Notes under the pieces: model-generated
What the model was told of the DNA's origin: nothing
The model's database searches: none
The model's input: the letters and a program-made list of their open reading frames with translations, nothing else
Source of the DNA: an uncultured Oscillospiraceae bacterium
Lineage (GTDB): Bacteria > Bacillota > Clostridia > Oscillospirales > Oscillospiraceae
Direction of reading: 5' to 3'
Length of the DNA: 64,000 nucleotides
Assembly (NCBI GenBank): GCA_934561175.1
Contig: CAKTFW010000004.1
Span: 2,821 to 66,820, forward strand
Made by a program: the position numbers and the translations under genes
Shown: piece after piece, positions 17,820-26,812 of the stretch
Numbering within the stretch: position 1 is the stretch's first letter
How the letters are laid out: each line of letters begins with the position of its first letter

Positions 17820-20507
17820 TTACCGCAGTACTGCGCCAAGGTCTGCCTTAAGTTTTGCCAGAATATTCTGGACAGCTTCATCTGCTTCTTCTCCGGTAAG
17901 GGAACGGTCATCCGCCCGCAGAACCAGGTTAAAGGCGACAGATTTCTTACCGGCCGGGATTCCGACGCCCTGATAGATATCGAAGAGTGAAACTTCTTTC
18001 AATTCCTTGGCAGCGCTTTGAATCACAGCTTCCAGTGCACCGACAGTAATCGCCTTGTCACAGACCACGGCAATATCGCGGGTCACGGATGGGAACTTCG
18101 GAAGCGGAACATATTCGGGATTTGCACCCTTAGCGAGCATCAGTTCATCAAAGGAAAGTTCTGCACAGTAGAATTCGCCGTCAACACCATAGTTTTGTGC
18201 GACCAGCGGATGAATCTGGCCAAAGACGCCCAGGCATTCCGTGTTTGCCCATACTGTTGCGCAGCGGCCGGGATGATAAGAAGGGTTATCGGTACAAGCT
18301 TCGAAATGGATGCCGTCTGCCCGGATGTCCCGCAGAATTGCCTCAATCGCACCCTTCATGCCAAAGAAGTCCATGTCTGCGCCAAAAGCGCCCAGAGAGA
18401 GAAGCTTGGATTCTGTGGCAAGCCCATCTTCTCCGCCGGGGAGATAGATCCGGCCCAGTTCGTAGAGCTTGGCAGATTTGTTACGGAAATTATAGTTTCG
18501 GGTCAGAATTTCCAGCATTGAGGGTAGCACTGTGGTACGCATAATAGAAGTGTCTTCGCCCAGCGGGTTCAGAATTTTGAAAGAAGTGCGGCGGGGATCA
18601 TCTGCAGCCCAGCGAATTTTGTCATAATAGGTGGGGGAGATAAAGGAGTAGGTGATGATCTCATCATAACCGCATGCACGGCAGGTGGCACCGAGTGCCT
18701 GCTCCAGAAGCTGGGAAGCAGAATACCCGCCCTTCGTAGTTTGACCACGCATCAGCGTGCAGGGAATGTTGTTGTAACCGTGGAATCGGGCGACTTCCTC
18801 TGCAAGGTCGGCCATTTCTTTGACATCTCCGCGCCAGGATGGGACGGTAACCTGCATGCCATCAAGGGCAAAGCCAAGTTTCTTGAGAATCGTAACCATT
18901 TCCGCAGCGGGAACATCGGTACCGAGCAGTGTGTTGATCTTCTCTGGCTCCAGGGTTAGTACTGTGGGCTGCGGCACATAATTCAAAATGTCAATAGTGC
19001 CGTCAAGCACTTCGCCGGCGCCCAGCATTTCTACCAATTCACAGGCACGGTTGACAGCCGGCAGCGTGTTCAAGGAATCCAGACCTTTCTCGAATTTTGC
19101 GGAAGCCTCCGTGCGCATACCAAGTGCCAGTGCTGCTTTACGGATGGCGGTGCCATTGAAGTTGGCAGATTCGAAGACAACATCGGTGGTGTCTTCAACA
19201 ATTTCAGAGTTTTCACCACCCATAATACCAGCCAGACCGACTGCACGGGTGTCGTCTGCAATGACCAGCATATTGGGAGTCAGCTTACGAACATTCCCAT
19301 CCAGTGTCGTGAGCTGCTCGCCTTCCTGCGCACGGCGTACGATAATTTTTCCGCCTTTCACATAGCGGTAGTCAAAGGCATGCATCGGCTGACCATACTC
19401 CAGCATGACATAGTTGGTAATATCTACAATATTGTTAATTGGACGCACACCCATGGCGCGCAGCCGCTCCCGCATCCATTTGGGGGAAGGACCGATCTTG
19501 ACATTGCGCACCATACGGGCAGTGTAACGCGGGCAGAGATCAACATCTGGTGTTTCCACATCCAAAAGATCCATCAGGTTGCCGTTGCCGCCACCCTGTA
19601 CAACCGGATCGTGGAGCCGCAGCGGCTGATCGAAAGTCGCGGCAGCTTCTCTGGCCAGTCCGATGATAGAGAGACAGTCCGGACGATTTGGGGTAATCTC
19701 AAATTCAACCACATGGTCATCTGCATTGATCAGGGGGCGGATGTCATCACCGGGTTTGGCACCCTCTTCACGGAGAACAAAGATACCATCTGTAATGCAG
19801 TGAGGAAATTCCTTTTGCTCAGCGTGGAGATCCTCCAGTGTGCAGATCGTGTCAGATTTGGTGTTGTAGGCTACCAGATCACCGGCATGAAGGTTCATGC
19901 AGTTGGTATCGGGGCAGGCTGTTGCACCATTCAGATCCAGGCAGGTGTGGAAGGTGCCATCAGGCTGCGATTCACACTCCAGGATTTTTGCGGCAATCAC
20001 CGGCCCATAAATTTTGTGACCGGGCTGTACATCGGCTGGGATGGAAGGCTTTTCCGGATCCAGCGGCTTATAGTCGTTCAACAATGCGGCCGGGATAATG
20101 GCGGCGTAAGGAAAGTCGCGCTCGTCCAGTCCCAGTTCAGTCAGAGAACACAGCATACCGTTGGAGAGAACGCCGCGCAGTTTGCCTTTTTCAATTTTTT
20201 TGCCGCCGGGTAGGGTGGACTTGTGCAGGGCGACGGGAACCAGATCGCCGACATGGATATTCCATGCGCCGGTAACGATCTGAACAGGGGCATTATCGCC
20301 GGTGTCAATCTGGCAGACCCACATATGGTCAGAGTCGGGGTGACGCTCCATGGAGAGAATTTTGCCGACGACCACATTGGAAATTTCAGCGCCCAGATCT
20401 TCTGTGGTTTCCACCTTGGAACCGGAGAGAGTCATCGCTTCGGAAAAATCTTTGTCATTGGCATCGACAGTGACAAATTCATTGAGCCATTTTCTACTTA
20501 AATTCAT
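17820..20507 (-). CDS. pheT: Phenylalanine--tRNA ligase beta subunit (with ~100 aa insertion)
   Basis: tRNA-binding OB domain, B3/4, B5, FDX-ACB-like C-terminus. At 895 aa it is longer than the usual ~800 aa. Confidence 0.95.
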   Translation of the reverse strand: MNLSRKWLNEFVTVDANDKDFSEAMTLSGSKVETTEDLGAEISNVVVGKILSMERHPDSDHMWVCQIDTGDNAPVQIVTGAWNIHVGDLVPVALHKSTLPGGKKIEKGKLRGVLSNGMLCSLTELGLDERDFPYAAIIPAALLNDYKPLDPEKPSIPADVQPGHKIYGPVIAAKILECESQPDGTFHTCLDLNGATACPDTNCMNLHAGDLVAYNTKSDTICTLEDLHAEQKEFPHCITDGIFVLREEGAKPGDDIRPLINADDHVVEFEITPNRPDCLSIIGLAREAAATFDQPLRLHDPVVQGGGNGNLMDLLDVETPDVDLCPRYTARMVRNVKIGPSPKWMRERLRAMGVRPINNIVDITNYVMLEYGQPMHAFDYRYVKGGKIIVRRAQEGEQLTTLDGNVRKLTPNMLVIADDTRAVGLAGIMGGENSEIVEDTTDVVFESANFNGTAIRKAALALGMRTEASAKFEKGLDSLNTLPAVNRACELVEMLGAGEVLDGTIDILNYVPQPTVLTLEPEKINTLLGTDVPAAEMVTILKKLGFALDGMQVTVPSWRGDVKEMADLAEEVARFHGYNNIPCTLMRGQTTKGGYSASQLLEQALGATCRACGYDEIITYSFISPTYYDKIRWAADDPRRTSFKILNPLGEDTSIMRTTVLPSMLEILTRNYNFRNKSAKLYELGRIYLPGGEDGLATESKLLSLGAFGADMDFFGMKGAIEAILRDIRADGIHFEACTDNPSYHPGRCATVWANTECLGVFGQIHPLVAQNYGVDGEFYCAELSFDELMLAKGANPEYVPLPKFPSVTRDIAVVCDKAITVGALEAVIQSAAKELKEVSLFDIYQGVGIPAGKKSVAFNLVLRADDRSLTGEEADEAVQNILAKLKADLGAVLR

Positions 20508-20521
20508 GCTGCGCTCTCCTT

Positions 20522-21547
20522 TCAGAACTGTTCTAGGAACCGGACATCGTTTTCAAAAATCAACCGCAGATCGGCGATTTTGAATCGACGCATTGCCATG
20601 CGTTCCAGACCCATACCAAATGCCCAGCCGGAATAAACCTCCGGATCAATGCCGGACATCCGCAGTACATTGGGGTGGATCATACCGGCGCCCAGCACCT
20701 CAATCCAGCCTTCTCCCTTACAGGTGGGGCAGCCAACACCACCGCATTTGTGACACTGGACATCCATCTCGCAGGAAGGCTCCGTAAAGGGAAAATGATG
20801 AGGGCGGAAGCGGGTTACGGTGCCCTTGCCGTAAAGGTGTTCCATGACGAGATTCAGGGTGCCCTTCAGATCGGCCATGGTAACGCCCTTATCGATCACC
20901 ATACCTTCCACCTGATGGAACATGGGCGAGTGCGTTGCGTCGACTTCATCTTTCCGGTAAACGCGGCCCGGTGCAATGATGCGGATTGGCGGGGTATGCG
21001 TCTCCATGGCGCGCACCTGCATGGGGCTTGTCTGGCTGCGCAGCATTACACGGCTGTCGGTATCAAAATAGAAGGTATCGGACCAGTCGCGGGAGGGATG
21101 TCCCTCTTCCGCGTTCAGCTTGTCGAAGTTATAGGTTGCAAGCTCAACCTCCGGACCATCCAGGACCTCAAAGCCCATGCCGATAAAGATATCCTTGATT
21201 TCATCCAGTGCAATATACATGGGGTGGCGGTGACCCATCTGGATGGGCTTGCCCGGAATGGTCACATCCACAGCCTCAGAAGCGAGCTTTTGCTCCAACG
21301 CTTTTGCCTGCAGGGTAGTTTTAACGCTTTCCAGCTTTTCCTCGACTGCAGCGCGGACTTCATTGGCAATCTGCCCCATGGCAGGGCGCTCTTCCGGACT
21401 CAGCTTTCCCATTTGCTTTAAAACGGCAGTGAGTTCGCCTTTTTTTCCGAGAATGCGGACGCGTAACGCTTCCAGTGCCGCAGGATCAGTGGCAGCGTCT
21501 AACGCGGTAAGCGCATCCTGGCGGATTTTTTCCAGTTGCTCTTTCAT
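20522..21547 (-). CDS. pheS: Phenylalanine--tRNA ligase alpha subunit
   Basis: MKEQLEKIRQDAL..., with class II motifs (FRPHHFPFTEPS, GAGMIHP, GMGLERMAM). The ORF-track start at 21682 runs through the T-box leader. Confidence 0.95.
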   Translation of the reverse strand: MKEQLEKIRQDALTALDAATDPAALEALRVRILGKKGELTAVLKQMGKLSPEERPAMGQIANEVRAAVEEKLESVKTTLQAKALEQKLASEAVDVTIPGKPIQMGHRHPMYIALDEIKDIFIGMGFEVLDGPEVELATYNFDKLNAEEGHPSRDWSDTFYFDTDSRVMLRSQTSPMQVRAMETHTPPIRIIAPGRVYRKDEVDATHSPMFHQVEGMVIDKGVTMADLKGTLNLVMEHLYGKGTVTRFRPHHFPFTEPSCEMDVQCHKCGGVGCPTCKGEGWIEVLGAGMIHPNVLRMSGIDPEVYSGWAFGMGLERMAMRRFKIADLRLIFENDVRFLEQF

Positions 21548-21559
21548 ATCAAAACTCCT

Positions 21560-21815
21560 TCTTGTAAAAATGCAAAAAAATAGTCCTTCATCCCAAATGG
21601 GGACGAAGGACAGACCTCCGCGGTACCACCCGCAATTCGCCAAACAGCGCGCTCGATACCCATAACGGAGTGACCCGGCCAATCCTACGATTCTGGTTCA
21701 GACGGCAGCTCCTGGGGGAAAGCCCGGCGTGCGCTGCAGGCGGTTTTCAGCAACCCGCCCTCTCTTTGCCAGCGTTACCACAGCAAGGCGACCCATTCAT
21801 CGCTTTTCATTATTA
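21560..21815 (-). promoter_or_regulatory. T-box riboswitch leader of pheST
   Basis: On the minus strand: AGAGA box, T-box sequence AAUUGCGGGUGGUACCGCGG (21637-21618), then a terminator hairpin GUCCUUCGUCCCCAUUUGGGAUGAAGGAC plus U7 (21611-21574). A UUC (Phe) triplet lies in GGGCUUUCCCC (around 21718-21720). Confidence 0.85.
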
Positions 21816-21825
21816 TATAAAATAA

Positions 21826-21854
21826 ATTCTAACACATTCGGCAAAAACTTGCAA
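21826..21854 (-). promoter_or_regulatory. SigA-type promoter for the pheST T-box leader
   Basis: On the minus strand: TTGCAA (21854-21849), a 17 nt spacer, then TAGAAT (21831-21826) with an upstream TG (extended -10). Confidence 0.6.
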
Positions 21855-21861
21855 CAATAAT

Positions 21862-21890
21862 TTGACTATCTTTCCGCTGCCGCCTATAAT
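21862..21890 (+). promoter_or_regulatory. SigA-type promoter for nnr
   Basis: TTGACT (21862-21867), a 17 nt spacer, then TATAAT (21885-21890). It is divergent from the pheS promoter. Confidence 0.55.
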
Positions 21891-21912
21891 AACAAAAAAT
21901 GGGGGCGGTGCT

Positions 21913-23421
21913 GTGAAGATTGCAAAGGCATCTGTAATGAAAGAAATAGACCGTTACGCGATTGAGAAGCTTGGAATTCCATCGACTTTGTTAATGGAAC
22001 ATGCGGCGTCCGCAGTGGCGGAGACGGTGTGGCAGCTGATGGAACAGACGCCGCATATGGTTACAGTGTTCTGCGGCGCAGGAAACAACGGCGGCGACGG
22101 CGTCGCCTGCGCACGGCTGCTGCTGGAGCGAGGGTGTAGAGTGCGTTGTTTTCTCTGTGGCGCGCGGGAAAAGATGACAGCGGATACGACAGAAATGGAG
22201 CATCGTCTGATTGCAGCAGGCGGTTTGCTGGAGCCCTTTTCAGAAGAGACGGCCAGGAATGCGCTGGAACAGAGCACGGTTGCGGTCGATGCACTGTTTG
22301 GGACAGGACTCAATGCGCCGCTGCGGGGAATTGGCCTGCAGGCGGCACAACTGATCAACCAGAGTGCAGTACAGGTGGTATCTTGCGATATTGCAAGCGG
22401 TGTGGCAACAGACACCGGGGAAATCCTTGGAGAAGCGGTGCATGCCGATGTAACGGTGACTTTTTCCATGGCAAAGCCGGGACAGCTTTTGGCACCCGGT
22501 CTGTACTGTACAGGCCGTCTGGAAGTTGTACCGATTGGAATTCCGGAGCAGGCAATGGAAAACCGGGAAATTGTCGGAACCCTTTTGACGGAAGAGAAAA
22601 TTCTCCCTTTATTTCCGCGCCGCAGGAGAGATGCGCATAAAGGCGACTTTGGAAAACTGCTGCTGCTTTGCGGCAGTGTTGGCTTTACGGGGGCTGCGGC
22701 GATGGCGGCGCGTGCGGCGCTGCGGTCCGGTGCGGGCCTGGTCTCGCTTGGCGTGCCGCGGACAATTTACCCGATTTTGGCGGCGAAGCTGGATGAGGCA
22801 ATGGTGTTTCCACTGCCAGAAGATGAGAATGGACACCTTTCAGCGGAAGCTGCAACAGAGATTTGCAGTCGCTTGTCCAAGTGTGATGCCTGCTTGTTCG
22901 GACCGGGACTCGGCCGTGGAGTAGGCGTTTTACCTGTGCTGGAGGCGATTTTGCAGCAAAAGAAGCCAGTGGTTTTGGACGCTGACGGTATAAATGCCCT
23001 GGAGGGTCATATAGATGTATTGCGCGGGGCGGCCTGTCCGGTGGTGCTGACACCTCATGATGGGGAGTTTGCACGACTGGGCGGCGATTTGCAGCAATTT
23101 GACCGCTTTCAGGCAGCAACAGAACTGGCGCGGACAACCGGCAGTGTGGTGGTTCTGAAGGGCTACCGCACGGTTGTAACAGATGGCGCGGTATTGTCTG
23201 TCAATACAACAGGAAATCCGGGAATGGCAACAGGAGGCAGCGGTGATGTGCTGGCGGGAATATTGGTATCGTTCCTGGGACAGGGGCTTGCGCCTTTGGA
23301 CGCGGCCCAGGCTGCGGTTTATCTGCATGGAGCGGCAGGAGATCACTGCGCCGCTACAATTGGCGAGTATGGTATGCTGCCGTCGGATTTGATTGATGCG
23401 ATCCCGCGACTTTTGCCATAA
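21913..23421 (+). CDS. nnr: Bifunctional NAD(P)H-hydrate epimerase / ADP-dependent dehydratase
   Basis: YjeF_N (GAGNNGGDG) plus a C-terminal carbohydrate-kinase-like domain (GPGLG, TGNPGMATGGSGDVLAG). The GTG start at 21913 follows a G-rich RBS. ATG 21937 is an alternative start. Confidence 0.9.
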   Translation: MKIAKASVMKEIDRYAIEKLGIPSTLLMEHAASAVAETVWQLMEQTPHMVTVFCGAGNNGGDGVACARLLLERGCRVRCFLCGAREKMTADTTEMEHRLIAAGGLLEPFSEETARNALEQSTVAVDALFGTGLNAPLRGIGLQAAQLINQSAVQVVSCDIASGVATDTGEILGEAVHADVTVTFSMAKPGQLLAPGLYCTGRLEVVPIGIPEQAMENREIVGTLLTEEKILPLFPRRRRDAHKGDFGKLLLLCGSVGFTGAAAMAARAALRSGAGLVSLGVPRTIYPILAAKLDEAMVFPLPEDENGHLSAEAATEICSRLSKCDACLFGPGLGRGVGVLPVLEAILQQKKPVVLDADGINALEGHIDVLRGAACPVVLTPHDGEFARLGGDLQQFDRFQAATELARTTGSVVVLKGYRTVVTDGAVLSVNTTGNPGMATGGSGDVLAGILVSFLGQGLAPLDAAQAAVYLHGAAGDHCAATIGEYGMLPSDLIDAIPRLLP

Positions 23422-23436
23422 TTAGGAGGGACGCGT

Positions 23437-24012
23437 GTGCGGCAGTGGAAAAGAGCTGCTGTACTAATGATGCTGCTGTTGCTGCTGAGTGGCTGCGGCA
23501 AAGAGAAAACCATGCAACAGGCGTTGGAATTTCGCCAGCGGTTGCTGCAAATGAACAATTGCACTTTTTCGGTATCGGTGACGGCAGATTATGCGGCGCG
23601 GAGCTGTACTTTTTCGCTGTACTGCGACTGTACACCGGAAGAAACCCGGCTGACGGTAACAGAACCGGACACGATCAGCGGAATCACGGCAACGGTGACG
23701 GAAGATGGACGAAAAGTTCGCTTTGACGACCTTAGTTTGGAGTTTGGAACGCTGGGGACCGGAAAGATTGCACCGGTCTGTGCACCTGCAGTCCTTTACC
23801 AATGTTGGCTGACAGGCTATATTGATTCAGCTGGTATGGAGGGCGATCAGCAGCTTGTGGTTTACCGGCAGGGTTACGATCAGGAAGAACTGATGGTGCG
23901 CTGCTGGTTTGATCAGGAGACTGGTCTGCCGACGGGGGCGGAGATTTGCGATGCGGAAGATGTAATTCTAACAATGGACATTTCGGAGTTTACGGATTGC
24001 TCAGACGAATGA
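23437..24012 (+). CDS. Putative lipoprotein, unknown function
   Basis: Lipobox LLLSGC after a basic/hydrophobic signal sequence. GGAGG RBS before the GTG start. Confidence 0.65.
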   Translation: MRQWKRAAVLMMLLLLLSGCGKEKTMQQALEFRQRLLQMNNCTFSVSVTADYAARSCTFSLYCDCTPEETRLTVTEPDTISGITATVTEDGRKVRFDDLSLEFGTLGTGKIAPVCAPAVLYQCWLTGYIDSAGMEGDQQLVVYRQGYDQEELMVRCWFDQETGLPTGAEICDAEDVILTMDISEFTDCSDE

Positions 24013-24028
24013 TGTGAGGGTACGATCG

Positions 24029-25207
24029 ATGATTGACTACATAAAGAGAACCTGGGTTTCGGTGTCGTTGGACAACCTGGCCCACAACTATCGCCAGATT
24101 CGTGGTGTGTTGCCCGCGGGTTGTAAATTCCTGGGAATTGTCAAAGCGGATGCCTATGGGCATGGTGCGGTGGCGATCAGCCGGGAACTGGAGCGGCTTG
24201 GCGCAGATTATCTGGCGGTTTCTGATCTGGAGGAAGCGGTACAGATTCGCTGCGGAGGTGTGCAGCTGCCGATTTTAATTCTGGGCTACACACCCCCGGA
24301 GTATGCCGCATTGCTGGTGGAGAAAAATTTGACCCAGGAGGTCAATTCGCTGGACTATGGATTGCAGCTGCAGAAGCGGCTTTCCGGTACAGGGCAGCGC
24401 CTGAAAGTGCATATTAAGCTGGATACCGGTATGTCGCGGCTCGGATTTGCGGCCTATGATCGTCCGGAAACAATTTCGGAAATTGTGACGCTTGCAAAAC
24501 AGAATTGCTTGGAGCTGGAAGGTGTTTTCGCTCATTTTTCAGTGGCAGACAGCGTCACCCCGGAAGATCAGTCCTATACTGCGCTTCAGTTCTCACGCTT
24601 TATGCAGACGCTGGACGCACTCAAAGCGGAAGGTGTGACATTTGCGCTGCGGCATCACGCAAATTCCGGTGCAATTTTGCAGTATCCGGAGTATGCACTG
24701 GATATGGTTCGTTCCGGCATTGCAACCTATGGTTTGTTCCCGGCAGAGGAACTGAAGGGCTGCCTGGATCTTCGCCCTACTTTTTCTCTGTATACATCTA
24801 TTGCGCAGATTAAAGACTATGCGGGACAGACGCCGGTCAGTTATGGCAGAACCTATATTACGGAATCGGCGCGCCGGATTGCGGTTGTCCCGGTCGGCTA
24901 TGCCGATGGACTGATGCGGTGTCTTTCTAGTGGTACAGAGCTGTGGCTGGATGGCTGCCGGGTGCCGATTGTTGGCCGGATTTGCATGGATATGTGCATG
25001 ATTGACATTTCAGAAGTACCGCAGGCAAAGGTCGGAGATACAGTGACGATTTTCGGAAGTGGAAATGCCGGTGAAAATACCTGCTACGATTTGGCGGAGC
25101 AGGCACGGACGATTCCGTATGAGATTCTCTGCGCTGTCAGCAAACGAGTTCCACGGCTGTATTATCGGGATGGACATACAGTGGACTTGCTGCGTTACAT
25201 TGTGTAA
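24029..25207 (+). CDS. alr: Alanine racemase
   Basis: VKADAYGHG PLP-lysine motif, full-length Alr similarity, and C-terminal YGRTY...PVGYADG...RICMD. Confidence 0.95.
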   Translation: MIDYIKRTWVSVSLDNLAHNYRQIRGVLPAGCKFLGIVKADAYGHGAVAISRELERLGADYLAVSDLEEAVQIRCGGVQLPILILGYTPPEYAALLVEKNLTQEVNSLDYGLQLQKRLSGTGQRLKVHIKLDTGMSRLGFAAYDRPETISEIVTLAKQNCLELEGVFAHFSVADSVTPEDQSYTALQFSRFMQTLDALKAEGVTFALRHHANSGAILQYPEYALDMVRSGIATYGLFPAEELKGCLDLRPTFSLYTSIAQIKDYAGQTPVSYGRTYITESARRIAVVPVGYADGLMRCLSSGTELWLDGCRVPIVGRICMDMCMIDISEVPQAKVGDTVTIFGSGNAGENTCYDLAEQARTIPYEILCAVSKRVPRLYYRDGHTVDLLRYIV

Positions 25208-25327
25208 AGCTTGCCCGCTGCTGCATAGAATGATTGGGAGCCTCCCGTCGGTATAATTACCGCCGCTGTGTGGGAGAATGAAAGTAACCCTGTATGTAGG
25301 GTAATTCTCAACCTCTCGGAGTGTGAC

Positions 25328-25687
25328 ATGATGGATACCAATGTGAAGCGCGGCGACATTTTCTATGCCGATTTAAGCCCTGTTGTCGGGAGTGAGCAGG
25401 GCGGAACTAGACCGGTGTTGATTGTTCAAAATGATACCGGAAACCGGCATTCTCCCACCGTGATTGCAGCAGCGATCACCAGCCAGACCGGGAAAGCACA
25501 GCTGCCGACCCATATTACGCTGAAAGGACCGAGCGTTGGACTGAGTAAGGATTCAATTGTGTTATTGGAGCAGATCCGAACGATCGACAAACGCCGGCTG
25601 CGGGAACATATGGGGCGTCTTGATGAAGCAATGATGAATCAGGTTGACTCTGCAATTGCGGTCAGTTTTGGGTTGCATGATTATTAA
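25328..25687 (+). CDS. mazF: MazF/EndoA (PemK-family) mRNA interferase toxin
   Basis: VKRGDIFYADLSPVVGSEQGGTRPVLIVQNDTGNRHSPTVIAAAITSQ...IDKRRL closely resembles B. subtilis NdoA/EndoA. Confidence 0.9.
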   Translation: MMDTNVKRGDIFYADLSPVVGSEQGGTRPVLIVQNDTGNRHSPTVIAAAITSQTGKAQLPTHITLKGPSVGLSKDSIVLLEQIRTIDKRRLREHMGRLDEAMMNQVDSAIAVSFGLHDY

Positions 25688-25730
25688 AAAGCCGCTATAA
25701 TGGGGGAAAACGAACAAAGGAGCGGATGAA

Positions 25731-26234
25731 ATGTCCAGCAGACGAGTGGTGCTCCGCGTAGTGATTGTTTCCCTGGTGATTACGCTGATTGCGGGAGCGG
25801 TTGTATACGCAGCAGCCGGATCCTCCAGCGATCCGCTTGTAACATTAAGCTATTTGAACGGAACTTTTAAGGACACACTGACTGCCGATATTGCTGCAAA
25901 GGCAGAGCGTCAGGCGCAGAGCTTGAATACCAGTCTGGAACGGCGTATTCAGTCTTTTACATCGAACCTTCCGGCGTACGATGTACCGGAGTCGGATGCT
26001 GAAACAGAATATGAAACCGTAAACTTGGAGAACGGAACGGTGATTTCGCTGAAAGCAGGAAGTGAAGTGCTGTTTTTAAGCGGATCTGCGACGGTGTCTT
26101 CAGCTGGCCTGACAGATACGACCGCGGGAACGGCATTAACAGATGGTGCGGCGCTTACAGCGAATCATCTTTATGTGGCAACCGGTGATTGTACCTTAAA
26201 GGCCGGTGCGACCGGAAAGATCCTGATGAAATAA
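25731..26234 (+). CDS. Membrane-anchored hypothetical protein
   Basis: AAGGAG RBS. N-terminal TM helix, a coiled segment, and a Gly/Thr/Ala-rich beta-looking C-terminal domain. Confidence 0.6.
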   Translation: MSSRRVVLRVVIVSLVITLIAGAVVYAAAGSSSDPLVTLSYLNGTFKDTLTADIAAKAERQAQSLNTSLERRIQSFTSNLPAYDVPESDAETEYETVNLENGTVISLKAGSEVLFLSGSATVSSAGLTDTTAGTALTDGAALTANHLYVATGDCTLKAGATGKILMK

Positions 26235-26247
26235 TACTGAATTCAGT

Positions 26248-26284
26248 AGCCCCCTGCATAATCTTATGCGGGGGGCTGATTTTA
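26248..26284 (+). terminator. Rho-independent terminator
   Basis: A 13 bp stem, agccccctgcata/tatgcggggggct, with a 4 nt loop, followed by gatttt. Confidence 0.65.
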
Positions 26285-26760
26285 TGGAAGCGGAATTCCC
26301 GTGTTATGTGGATGGTGTGCAGCAGGGGGTACTGCAACTCCGGCGGCAGGGCCTTTACTGGCAGGCGATTGCCACGGTTGCACAGCAGGCCCCGGAGCGG
26401 CTGCTGCGGGCCTATGTGGTGCTGGAGTGTGGAGAAGAAGCGTTGGGCGTTATGGTTCCGAAGGATGGAGCGCTGCGGGCAGCAAAATTATTCCCGGCCT
26501 CCTGGTTTCATCCGGAAGCGATTATACGCTGCGAGGCGCGGGAGGACAACTGGGCGTCTTGGGAGGGGAAAATCCAAGGTTATCCGATCAAAGACGCGCT
26601 GGCGAGAATGGATGGCGCCATTCAGGAGGTGGCGGTACCCTATGATCCGGAGACGCCGTTCTCATTGATACCGTTGTTTTGTTTCTTTCGATTGCAGACA
26701 ATTCGGGAAAAGGCTTATCTGGTGATTCGGTTGGATGAAACAGGGTGGCCGATTTTGTAA
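26284..26760 (+). CDS. Hypothetical protein
   Basis: This is the only protein-like frame among three overlapping ORFs. The start is uncertain: ATG 26266 lies in the terminator loop, and ATG 26284 comes just after the hairpin. Confidence 0.5.
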   Translation: MEAEFPCYVDGVQQGVLQLRRQGLYWQAIATVAQQAPERLLRAYVVLECGEEALGVMVPKDGALRAAKLFPASWFHPEAIIRCEAREDNWASWEGKIQGYPIKDALARMDGAIQEVAVPYDPETPFSLIPLFCFFRLQTIREKAYLVIRLDETGWPIL

Positions 26761-26812
26761 ATCATAATAAAGTCCATTTTGCCCATACTAATGGAAGAGT
26801 TTTTGAGGGGGC

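Noticed and set aside
25208-25327. Search for a MazE/EndoAI antitoxin ORF between alr and mazF.
   Set aside because: Only stubs of 8 aa or less (for example MKVTLYVG) and an in-frame upstream extension of mazF are present. Nothing has the size of an RHH/AbrB antitoxin. This is reported as a finding rather than annotated as a gene.
26189-26668. Two further overlapping ORFs (26189-26668 and 26301-26645) in the same region as the 26284-26760 hypothetical gene. This could have indicated overlapping genes.
   Set aside because: Both translate to Arg/Gly-rich sequence that does not look like protein, and both lack RBSs. Only the 26284-26760 frame has balanced composition and ends next to the downstream gene.
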